Source of the DNA: Trichoplax sp. H2
Lineage: Eukaryota
DNA length: 64,000 nt
Assembly: GCA_003344405.1 (NCBI GenBank)
Contig: NOWV01000001.1
Coordinates: 372,001-436,000, forward strand
Direction of reading: 5' to 3'
Part shown: positions 11,601 to 23,600 of the stretch, piece after piece
Layout of the letters: every line of letters begins with the position of its first letter
Position numbering within the stretch: the stretch's first letter is position 1
Position numbers and translations under genes: made by a program
The notes under the pieces: model-generated
The model's input: only the letters and a program-made list of their open reading frames with translations
Databases searched by the model: none
Told to the model about the DNA's origin: nothing

Positions 11601-14600
11601 ATCATTGGTTCAATAGACTTGCGACCTTTTAAATCGTATAGTGGTAAAGGTTACTACTGTATATCGTAAACAGAAAATTTTAAATGAAGAAATATTTTTA
11701 CATAACATTATTACTCTTACCCATGGGCTATCTTCAGTTATTGGCAGCACTAGAGGTGTTTTTCGAATAACTTCGCGAATTAGCTTTCTAAGTTGGAGAC
11801 GATATGCATAAACTTCTTCAACTGTTGGCCATTGAAATTTACCGCCGAAGCGATAGCTTTCCTAGATAATAAGTTAAAAGATGAGTTATTTTAAAGCAAC
11901 ACATTAATAAAGGAATTTTTATTTGAGAATGCTGCACTGGAATAGGATTAGACGTATATTAACAAAATCAGCCAACCAACCAGAGTAACCGTTAAATATT
12001 TTAATCAATATTAGAGAAATTTCTATTCAAGACTACATTTTTGGTTGAAGTGTTTAAAAATATCCTGCAGCCACGGAGTAAGTATACCGCAGTTAATATA
12101 TTCTATTCATAAGCATTTTAGAAATTTTTATATTAGTGTTACACATAAAGTACCATACTCATGCTTGTAGGAAAAAATAAAATTATCGTATCTCGTTGGT
12201 TAAAGTTACTTTGTCGTGAACACGATATCAATGCATTAAAATTATTTGCTATGATATATTGATTAGTTTACTTTATACAGATCGTATATCATCATCATTT
12301 CAATCAGGAATAATTTACTCCAAGTAGAGATGACGAAGATCTACACCTGATACTGTATATGATTTAAGCATGAAAATTACTTAGACTAATATGAAATAAA
12401 AGTATCCTGATTTATGAGTAAAATTCTTCTTTAGTATAATTCTTTTATAAGAAATACTAAAGAAATAATATCAGTACGAGATAGTAAAACAAAATAGGAA
12501 ACTTTTGTTTTAAGAAGTATGTTTAAAAATTAAATTTCATGAGTGAGATAATCATCCACCAATAGCTTGGCAACTCTGACTTACTGTGTCATCCCAAGAC
12601 ATTTCATCGACACCAGTCTCTAATAAAGTTTCCAGATGTAAATCGATACGGTCCTATTAGGATAACAGGTCATATGGAATGTTAGTAGTTATTAAAAAAG
12701 GAGAAAAATTTGGATTAGTAAAAAAATAAGAAAATAGAGGCTGCCATATACCTTGATTAATCCGGCCAGTTTGAGTTTGTTAACGTAAAGTGTCGCGGTA
12801 TGGCCATAATAGAATATTAATGGTAATCTAAGATAATCAGGACTTTTGTAGAATACAGAGGTATCTATAATTTTAAAACAAAATTTTTTAATTCGATTAT
12901 AGATCACGCGAGGATATTCAACCATAAAATTGGGTAACAATGTATGATCGATTAATGCACTTAATTATGTAAAGTATCATCGAATACTCAAAGAAGTTTT
13001 AAATGTTATTCAATTTTAAGGACCGAATTCAGTAAATATTTAAAGCTATTATAATTATTAGAATTCGACAAAAATGATCAAAATTTACCCTTCAGTGCCG
13101 TAAATAGGGTTTCGTATAACGAGTAAGAATTCTCGAAATATTCAAGGATATCCCTAAAGGATGAGAGGCATATACTTAATCGTTAGTATCAAATAAATTT
13201 GTTATATTTCAGCACCACGTACTATAATCGTTCAGACAAAAACATGCCAATGTAATTAAGTGCTCTCTAATTTACTGTTATATCTAACGTTTGATTAGTT
13301 TACGACAGATTTTATTCCGTAAACAAATATTGATTAGATTGAAAATATTTATTTACAATTTATTCCAAATTGTTTTTATTGAATTAATCTAATAAACAGG
13401 TACAAGAAGTAGAGTAATGATGGCATCCTGAGGAGAGCTAATTGCGGTTTAAAGATTCACCTTAACCTAAATTTAATTTGAAGTCTTAAGATTTCTGACC
13501 GAATGAATTCTGGTACCGATTTACGGTAAGTAGTTATAATTTTCTTACTATACTTTGATTAAAATGTGTGCTGTTTGAAGTAGAGCGTGATGTAAAACTT
13601 TGAAATAACCTTTGTGAATTATTTAACGACTAATGACGTAGCATGCATACTCATATGTATATGTACGCGCATAGTTAATAATCCAAAGCGTAGAGCTATG
13701 TTAAATCATTAGTTGAACTATTATCTTATTATCTTGATATTTTCATCATTTGTTAAGCGCGCATTATAAAATTCTTTTCCCATAGTTTTTTTATATTTGA
13801 ACTATACCTTTGGATGAAATAAATAGGCATTTGGTGCGAATAGAACTGTCGTACAGATTGTAGGAGAGGGCTTAACTTGTTTTATATTTAATTGAATGTG
13901 CCCTTTGGGTATAACTCGGTAAGCTATGATGACCATTTCGTACATATAAAGTGCTTAAAGTAAAGGCAAGTACATACAGTAATACTGTAATATCCCTTAG
14001 CCAGATCTCATTTAATTTAGTAATCATGATAAACATTACATTAATGCAGTAGCCTATTGACCACTCCCGCCATTCATTAATCATAAACGTCTGTCGCTCA
14101 AAGTATAACATAGCGCATAATAATAGTACTGTAAGGTCGTTATTATTTGCTATTTGTTATTATACTAGTTATGAAAAAGAAAATAAAGCTCCGCCTGGTA
14201 TGCTAGTAATGCATAATAGTTACTTATTTTATTAAAATTAAAGAAACGATACAAGTGATGATACTAGTGCTAGTCTAGGCATTACGCGATCGTGATTGAT
14301 GTAGCCGGTGTAGCACCTTTTATCCCTTGTATTAAATTAATATTTACAATTTGGTTGTATTCGATGGTCCGTAAAATTTTCTTCGACGACGTGAATGCTA
14401 CTTATACAATTTAATTTGTCTACGTGACTAATTGCATGTGCTACTTCGATAAGGGAAATTAACTGGGAATCAAATCGAACATAGATATTGCTTCATAACT
14501 CTATTATATTGTAACAATAAACTCTGAAATGGACAGAGAAGAGCAGTCTTTGAAAATCAAAATAGCCTAAATAAGTAGTTGCCGTTTTCAGGTATACAAC

Positions 14601-15693
14601 AAGTATATGTTGATAATTTCTCGTCTAGGAACCTAAATGAGTATTACTGTTTAATTAAAGCATTTAACAACTGTATGTCAACAATTTCTCGTCTAGGATA
14701 GCGTTCGGTTGAATAATCATTAACGTCGATTGACTTATTGCGGGAATAGTTTCTATCGATCGTAAATTATGTATGGTACTTTAGAAGCTAGTGGCTATCC
14801 GAATAATATCTTCGGTAGTTAATTCAAAGAGTTAAAATTAACTTTATTATCGTATTAATAAAAACCGATGTATCAATGAACAAAGTATATCGTGAATTGT
14901 TTAATTTATATTTCAATATAGTGGAACTCATTCATCTATATCCTTGTAGTCAGATTATGTATTTACGTGTTATGTGGAAAGGTTTGCTATTTGTTTGCTC
15001 TACAGTAACAGTTTAATAGAGGTTTTCATTAATTCTTAAGAAACGCGTAAAAGACTTGTGATTCACAGATGAATACGAGTAGGTATCAACTACTAGTCAA
15101 TAAATACATTAATTAATGAATCGAGTCAATTTATAAGCTATATTGACTAATAGCAGATTAGAGAAACCGTCACTACGAAGATAGAGATTATCCGAGTTAA
15201 TGGGGGTACTCATTAAGATATCGGTAGTGAATTATTCCATGGTAAACTTTTCTACTCCATTATCTTCGACAATAAACAGGAAGGACGCAATGTAATTAGT
15301 TAAGCCTTATGTATATCTATAACCTATTTCGTTCTGCTATCAGGATTAATTAAATCGTAGCAGTAATAGTAAAGACCCTCACTAGATGTCCAGCTCAGCA
15401 TCGAATAGCAATATTTTCTTGAAAGTAGATACCGTACCGCTATAAATTTCATTTAAAAAGTATTCAAGATTTGTTAACTATAACATGGCGATATCCTACA
15501 CATGTTATACGTACATAGTTCTAAAGCTTGAAATTGGTGAGAGGCTTAGTTTAAATTAAATTGATTTATTTAAATTTTATCCTAAATATACTCACTGTTT
15601 GCTACATCTGCTGAGATCGCAGCATGGCAATGAATGGTTTACTTGGGGGCCAGTAAGTATACTTTCCTTTCTATAGTTGGATTTTTCAGTCAT
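5679..15693 (-). CDS. ovoA: Ovothiol biosynthesis enzyme OvoA (DinB-like + FGE-sulfatase + SAM methyltransferase), 21 exons, ~771 aa
   Basis: Phase-consistent GT-AG exons: 15693-15596, 13153-13089, 12864-12752, 12653-12585, 11861-11721, 10864-10833, 10584-10487, 10361-10247, 9952-9849, 9713-9654, 9492-9381, 9103-8956, 8637-8551, 8458-8294, 8207-8045, 7751-7621, 7508-7356, 7255-7103, 6550-6472, 6097-5995, 5805-5679. Motifs: LIFYYGHT, GVDEMSWDD, EHERLHFETSSVL (HX3HXE), GWDNEYG, WPVEVNYHEAKAYC, GNVWEW, YDDFS, FRRHFFQHAGFR, IGCGTGR. The frame stays open upstream of the ATG to an acceptor near 15738, so the N-terminus may be longer. Confidence 0.93.
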
Positions 15694-18600
15694 AGTATCA
15701 AAAACAGGATTGTGCGCTTGATTTTCTTGATCTATTACTGTAGAATTAACAAAATATGTATAAGCGTCCAATGCATTTATAGTCCACAGATTGCTTTAGA
15801 ATAATAAATTCAAAGATTAAATGAATACATAGATCGCCTACATTTTCGTTACGAACTGGTTATTAAGTTAAAAGTTACTGGTGAGGAATCTCAATTTTAC
15901 TGAGAGAATTGTACGGAGTAGACTAACTCAACGGAACCGAGTAAATTATCTTTAAAGTACGGGTATAGTAATTATAATAGAACGTCATGCTTTGATTTGT
16001 CATTAAATGCACTCGTCTCATGGAGCGAATCAAAAAAGAATAGAACTCTAATTCTTCTGTAATCATAGTGGCAATCATTTTCATAAATGACATTTATACG
16101 ATCTTAAAATTATCCTTGCTTAATATATTCTTTCCACTCTTAATTTTTCTACAACATCGTGGAGTTATTAAATCAAATAAAGTGATCGTGAATATGCTAT
16201 TACAATTTTTTCTTCCCATAGACCGGTTGATTAACTTGTGCTTTGCTGTCATACTACCTTAGTAATGCTTCATCGTCAAACTAAAGTACGTAAAATGAAT
16301 GTATTCACAGTCGGTACGGCACGTTTTGCCATGCTTATCATTTCATATTTTATGCTAATAATAAAAAAATTTACCGAGTTTAAACCATGAAGCATCGCAT
16401 TGCGATGATATTTATGCAAGATATGGATTGATGAATGCTACATTGGTTGATTTTTACGTTTTATAGTCAAGTTTTGGCAGATTTAGTAATTTTAATCAAT
16501 GAATAGGAAAGCTTCCTGCTGTTTAAAGTAGAGAAGTAAGTTCATCAGTTCGAATGTTATTAAATAATATTTGTACGGTGTAGTTTTTTAATTAGTAGAA
16601 TAGACAAAACGGATTTGAGTGCTTATAAAGTGGCGCTATTCGGTTAAAAATGTTCTATCCATTAAAAAAAATGATCCCCCAAAAATGTCCCATAAAAGCG
16701 AATGAATGGAAAAGAATGGATAGAGTGTGTCTTAGTGATTATAGTACGATCGTTTATGTTGTCTAACCCTAGTAATCATTTCGTAATTTCATACTTTTAA
16801 TCATAGCTACTTCTTTTGCTATTATAGCTCTAATAAAGAAGATATTTACTATCGTCGTTTTAAAGTCTGATAAGTAGATCAGGAACAATTTTCCCGTTTG
16901 ATGTACTAGCGTATATGTAATGTGAAAGGCCATATTAAATGGGTGTGACAGAAACATTCAATACAGCACTGCTTTTATTTTGAGGTATGGTAACTAGTAC
17001 AAGCAACTCTATTTCTAACTATTAGTTCGAATTTAATAGCAGTCTGGTCTAGCATTTGATGGTCACTACTAATTCTGTATATCATGATGAAATTTCTAAT
17101 CTAGTAGCGTTAATATGGCTATATAAATTGTCAAGATTAACTAACTAACCTGTTGAATGTCGTGATTGTGATAAAATTACGACGCATAAAACATTGCGAT
17201 CTTTTCAATCAATTGGATAGACCTTGCATGCGTTCTTTACAACTGGGAATACAACGTCAAGTCGAGAATTTATAACTTTGTGGCAAGGCTATTTTTAGCG
17301 TCTATCGTACGAGTATGTCGTACATGTACTTAACCTAACTAGATATTTTGACAATTGATCTCGTTATCCTATAATTAATTAGCAGTAGCTATATGCCTTA
17401 TTACGTATCCCTATTGTCTTGTATTAAATAAGATTAAAATAATAACAAAAAATTCATACTTGTCGTAACTGTGCTTAATTTCCATAGTCGATTTTTGACG
17501 CAATTTATATACATTGAGCTGTTTTCTTTTACCTCTACTATTGTGCGTACAATGGTACTGTAGTATTAGCATTATGAAGAACGTTAAAAAATAATAATCA
17601 ACTTGCCTGTGTGATAGTTTTAATTTTAATTTGTAACTCAATCGTTATATCTTAGACTTGGCAAAGTTTGTCTACTTGCCAGTCATATCTTTATCTACAA
17701 GATTTAGCAATTTTATAGGGATATCGATGATATCGGTGTTGAGTATTATCGACTAGTCTAGTATTGGATAATAGAAATGTAAGTAGAGGCGTTAAATTAC
17801 GTGCATTAGGTTTGGGACTTGACTTAAATAATTAATCATTGTATAAGGATTTCCCAAAAGGCTACCATTTAGATCCCAGACACTGTTGCTAGGGGGTTGG
17901 GGTTGAGTTGCACAAGTAATAAATAACAATGTGATTAATTGTATTTGCATCGTAACAAAATATCCAATATAGCCATTGTTATAATACGAATAACGTTGTC
18001 CGTAACTGTTTGGAGATTGACATTAGCGACGAAAGTTAAGATTTAGTTCTATTAAAAAGCTTGTTTGTATTTTTTGTTCATTTGCAGATTGACTTGTAAT
18101 GTCCTTAGCGGTAAAGTCGATAGTTAGCTTGGATTCCGTACACTGTACGTAATCCTAAGTTATCATCAAAGTATTCGATTGATTTTTGCATCTATACTGG
18201 CACAGTATATCTGCAAGACAACGGATAGACGAATTTGACGTAGATTCACTGCAACTAATGTTTATTGGTTAACTATTGTGATTGAAATATTATTGAATTA
18301 TCGCAACTGTTTTTATATAATGCGTATCTGTAATAATTCAAATAATAGAATGGAAAGAAATCAATGAAAGTTATGTCAAATTTTACCAACCATGTCGAAT
18401 AATTCAAGTCGTTTCGAAATGAGTTCGAGAAACTAGCATCAGTTTATATCAATAATAATGGAATTACCAATGGTCTGATTCATTAATTATATTACCTACT
18501 TTTAAATGTTCTTTGATTACTATCAGATTTGGCGGATTGACTGGTCTTAATACTGATTATTTGACGACCGATTTGGACGGAAACAGTAGTACAAATTTGG

Positions 18601-19359
18601 GCATACTGTCAGTCTCGATATAGTTCGTTTATTTTTGAATAGATGTACAGTAAAAATAGCCCGGTGAAGTGATCCCATCAATGGTTTACGTAGACTAAAA
18701 AACATGGTCCCTTTACCAGTGTGAAGTCGGATATAAGTCTCCTTTATTAGGGTCTCTACTATTGGATAGTTATGCAATTAACTAGTGATCATTGAAAGTA
18801 TTTGCAATGTCATGGATAAGATTTCGCGTAACGAGGTATAAATTTTGTTGGGTGTTATTGTTGTTATAATAATCAACTGACGATGAATATAAGCGAAAGA
18901 GATTGAACTGTCGTTCGATTCTCTCGTACTCTCCTGTCGTGTAATTTAGTAGAACTAGTAGACTTTGAGAGTAATACTATTACTCTAATGGAATTGGTCA
19001 TAAAGGGTTATCGAAGCTCCAGTTATTGCGTGAATACTTGTGTAAAAGTGATTAGCAAAACGGAGACGGACTTCCCTTTCTTAACAGTATTCTATGCTTA
19101 ATTTTAAAGACAATGCCTCGAGTAAGTCTTTTAGGAAAATACAGTTTCAGAAAGTTATCTCTCTTTGCACCATATCGCAAATACGATCAGTAATTAATAA
19201 ATTATGATCAAGGCCTCAAGGGAGTAGTTGTCCGGGGGCAATAGATTGATTGTCGTTTTCTTTTCTTTTTATTTATTTATTAGCGATGTCTGGCTGTGAT
19301 ACTGTAGCCGTGTAGCAGTGGAACACGAACTCAGGGGCCATTCCAACTTCTTTTTGCAT

Positions 19360-20340
19360 TGGTTTTCCTACTACAGTGTATGTACTGTAAATAGTTGATT
19401 GATTAATACTGTCCTGTACAGTACAGTACTGTACTGTACAGAAGGTGTCTCATCAAAGTTATACTGTACAGTACAGTACAGTAAGTACATTGTGCTTTAA
19501 AATACAGTACTGTACACTGTACAGGGTGTCTCATCAAAGTTATACGGTACTGTACTGTACAGTACTACAGTATACCCTACAGTGTACCGTACATTGTGCT
19601 GTAAAATACTGTACACTGTACAGTACAGTACAGTACTGTACAATACAAGGTGTTTCATCAAAGTTATACTGTACTGTACAGTACTGTACAGTACTGTATT
19701 TTAAAGCACAATGTACAGTACTGTACACTGTAGTACTGCACTGTACAGTACAGTATAGTGTACTGTATTTTATGGACTGTACACTGTACTGTACAGTCAA
19801 CCTGTTGTCAGGTCGTTGGTGTTTGTTCGATTCGGTGCTGAACCACATTACTACAGTACAGTACTGTACACTGTACAGTAGAACAAGTGTACCGCGTACT
19901 GTAGTGTATTCATTTTGGACTGCACCGCACGTGTAAATCAGGGTGAACCACCACTACTGTACTGTACACTGTACAGTAGTCCAAATTATCACCATACTGT
20001 GTACAGTATGTACAGTAAGTCGTCGTTGTTCTGTACCGTACTGACAGTACAGTACTGTATGTCCCAAGCTATTCACTGGTGCTTACAGTAGTACTGAACC
20101 AGGTGGACTTTGGGATTTTTTCACCACACTCATGATGACTCTGCATAGGTGTTACAGTCTAAGTAGCAGTGTGTACTACTGTAGTTTTGAGAGGAAAACC
20201 AACAAGTTCTATCGCTAGACTGAAGAAACGATTGAAAAGTTGTTTTTTGTCCTTCAGTACAGTACAGTGTCTGTACAGTACTGTCAGCAGTGACTCTACA
20301 GTGTACAGTACATTGGACAGGAGACAGTAGTGTACTGGAG
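19360..20340. repeat. Low-complexity CTGTA/TACAG (GTAC-palindrome) cluster with internal direct and inverted repeats, upstream of RAD23
   Basis: Dozens of CTGTAC/TACAGT words. GGTGT(C/T)TCATCAAAGTTATAC occurs three times (~19444, 19525, 19649). A perfect 32 bp inverted repeat lies at 19485-19516 / 19685-19716. Confidence 0.9.
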
Positions 20341-20690
20341 ATGGAATGCAGTTGTACGTACCGTCCAACTTCCCCTAGCCGTCCTGGTCGTCTTTATCTT
20401 GCAGTGTGTGTGTGACAAAGCAGATCAATCTACATACGCTTGAAGTGCAATCCAATCATTCACCACACAACTGACGCCATTGCAGCCAACCTGTTCCGTC
20501 TACTCTTGTTCATTTAGGTAGGTGGCCATGCTTCCTTGATAGATTAATCGACATTTTAGACTGGTAAAAGATCATGTAGAATAAAGAATGTACCATTTTA
20601 GAGGAGATCAATTGTATTGACAACGTTTTTATTGTACTGTATGCTGGTCAGGATAGTCGTTTGGCCCACAAAGAAGCAAAAACTGCAACC

Positions 20691-23600
20691 ATGCTAATAA
20701 CCATCAAGACACTACAGCAACAAACCTTTAAGATCGATATCGAGCCTACTCAAACGGTAATATAGCTATACTGATTAGAGTATGTTTATTGTCAAGCAGA
20801 AGTACTTTTAAACTCCTTTAAATGGACGACAGAGATTGAGCTACAAGAGTAGAAATAGTCTAACAATGGAGATGGCCATGATGGACAATCATAATACACG
20901 ATACGACAAGAGTAGCTAGATTGCAAGGGCCAAATGGCAACCGTTAGCCAATTTTGACCAGGGTGGTAAGAATGATTTCCATACGGGTTACAACACATGA
21001 TCTGGATGTCATAGCAACGACACGGTGTAGCCCACTGTAGGCATAGAGGAAGGATTGAAAGGCAAAAAGTATTTTCAACGCTCATCACCTTGGATTACCA
21101 TTAGCTAGTTGACAAGAGAGATTGGAAAGGGCCTCAAAAGCAATTTGTCAATCTTAGAAGGGATGAACTGGATGTCAGAACAACCAAACGGTGTAGGCTA
21201 CTGTAGGCATAGTGAAGAGGAAGGATTGAAAGGCAAAAAGTATTTTCAACGCTCATCACCATCACCTTGGATTACCATAGCTAGTTGACAAGAGAGATTA
21301 GAAAGGGCCCCTAAAAGCCATTTTGTCAATCAAGATTACCTAATACTACAGTATTGTGTTTTTGCCTACAAGTCATGACTATGCAGTTACGAGACATGAG
21401 CTAGATGATATTGCAATCATGTATACTGTATACAACAATAGTCATCTCAGTCTCAAAATGTTGAAGGCCTTCACCATAACGAGAACAACAAAAATACAGT
21501 AGTTACTGTCATGGCTACTATTTGCGCTACAAATGAGGCGCATTCTTTCCATGCACTTGAAAGGAATCAACTGGGGAGACCATTGCAACGATAGTGTTGG
21601 TCATAGTAGTGATTTCAATCCAAAAGTAGTCATGGCCAGGCTTACAGTAACGATTATTGCCATGACCGATTGGCATTTTTACAAAGAGTTTTGAATTGTC
21701 ATTACCATGGAGTGGAATGGATTTCACTAAATGTTTACTCCATAGATACTTCTTATACAAGTAGTCATTTTAAATTTAAAAGTATTGATGATATTCGCGT
21801 TTTTACCCGAGTGGAATTCACGCTTTCTTTGATCATTCACTAGGATAAAAATGAATGAATTCATTGCAGGTACTGAAATTTCAACCAGTTCATTTAAAAT
21901 GCTATAAACTGATGAAAGCTAAGCAATAGTACAGGATTGCATTGGTAGAAATATTCAGAGCATCATTACAACTGCGCGCGGATAGTTTTTAGCTGATGAT
22001 AGAACTGATCTTGTCTTTAAAGTAAATCGTTTCTAGTGCTGTTAGAACAATTTGTACAGCATTCTCTCCTATTTGTAGCACGAAACATAATTCAAGCCTG
22101 GATTTCTCAAAATACAAACTGAAAAAACAATTAGTTGCTGCTACATGACTGAGCAAAACACTACAATCAATTGCTGTCACAAGTGCATTACCACTTAGTC
22201 GTGTATTGATTGATACTTCGTTTCTACCTCAATATCAGCAATATTACGCATCTTTTAGTAGCACAACAACGGTGCAAAAACTACAAACGATCAATTGGGC
22301 ATTGACTAACTTGTCAATAACTATTTCGGTGCTTGTACATTAGATCATTTAGTGTTTTGATGTGATCTACTATATATAGATCTGCATACTCTCCAGTTGA
22401 AGTATGAATTTATCGCGTATTTTCTACTCAAGTCATCATGCAGTCATGGATTACCTTTGGCAGAAACAACTTATTGATTTAACTCCTATAGCAATATATT
22501 TCAAATAGTCAATCGTTGTTCAACACATCCTACCGCTACGTACTTTCTGTTTATTGTGTATGCTTACTGACTATGTACACTGGTAAGGACAAGCTGGCAA
22601 AATAAATATCTCTGCAGCCATTTCCTGAAGACTTTAGCGTACTTGGATTGATATCCAGTAGCATAAAATATGCTCTAGTCCAAAACTATCTAAGCTGAAA
22701 TTGTCTATTCTAGTTATATGTATATTTATGCTATATATCGAAAGAAAAGCTCTGGTATTGCGTTGTAGAGAATACAAAGTCAGTAATTCACTGTTAATGC
22801 GACTTATCATCGTTATTATAATAATTATAGCCAGCAGTAACAATTTATCACGCAAGATTATGCCTGTAATATTGCAACTAAATTAAGCTACTGTCCATCA
22901 ATGGTACTATTGATTGATTACGGATCTTAAGATTTACGTACTCGAGTAGTGTACTCTTAGTGTCGCTTTATTATCAATCTGAAAGAATGATGAAACCATG
23001 AAAGCAAGACCTTATCATATCTTATAGCCTAAGGAGAGTTTTATCTTTATATGCGTAATTTTCTAATGTTGGTGCTTTAGAAATACATTTAACACAGTAT
23101 TGACTAGAAGCTCGTTCTGTCTAAATATTCAATCTCGACTAGCTATATACTTCGCGTTGAATAGGTTTGAGAGTATCACCAAATAGCTTATCAAAATCGC
23201 ACCCTATATTCTATGCAAGTACCTACATATTCATTATCGTCATGAGAGTGTAGTAAATTTGCTTATTCATATACATTATCACCACATTTAAAAACTACCT
23301 TGCGTCCATTGCCAATAGTTCAGTAGTCTAGAATTTTATCGTTCTTTCACAGATTACAAAATTACTCAATACAGTAGATAGTATTACAATAATAGTGAGT
23401 TATTTGGCTTCAATTGAGACCTCTGCCAAAGGTGTGCTTCATTGGATCCCTGATTAGATTAATTAACTATAAATACACGTAAATTAAAAAATATATCAAG
23501 TAATAACAATTTGCTATGACATAGACAACTGATTTACTCTCTGCCTTAAACCTGAATTTTTTTCACTCAACAGTCCATGATTTCTGTTACATCGCTCTGA

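Noticed and set aside
14597..14700. Short duplication containing AATTTCTCGTCTAGGA twice, ~68 bp apart
   Set aside because: Real, but a small local slippage event with no further structure.
5679..15693. OvoA as bacterial contamination or recent horizontal transfer
   Set aside because: It has twenty spliceosomal introns, host-like base composition and eukaryotic neighbours.
17150..17260. Candidate upstream OvoA exon with donor CAG|GTTAGT on the minus strand
   Set aside because: The phase-compatible frame has a stop and no ATG, so it is at most a 5'UTR exon and is unsupported.
19445..19936. ORFs of 163 aa (+) and 102 aa (-) rich in Y/C/T/V/Q
   Set aside because: These are translation artefacts of the stop-poor CTGTA/TACAG repeat and show no domain features.
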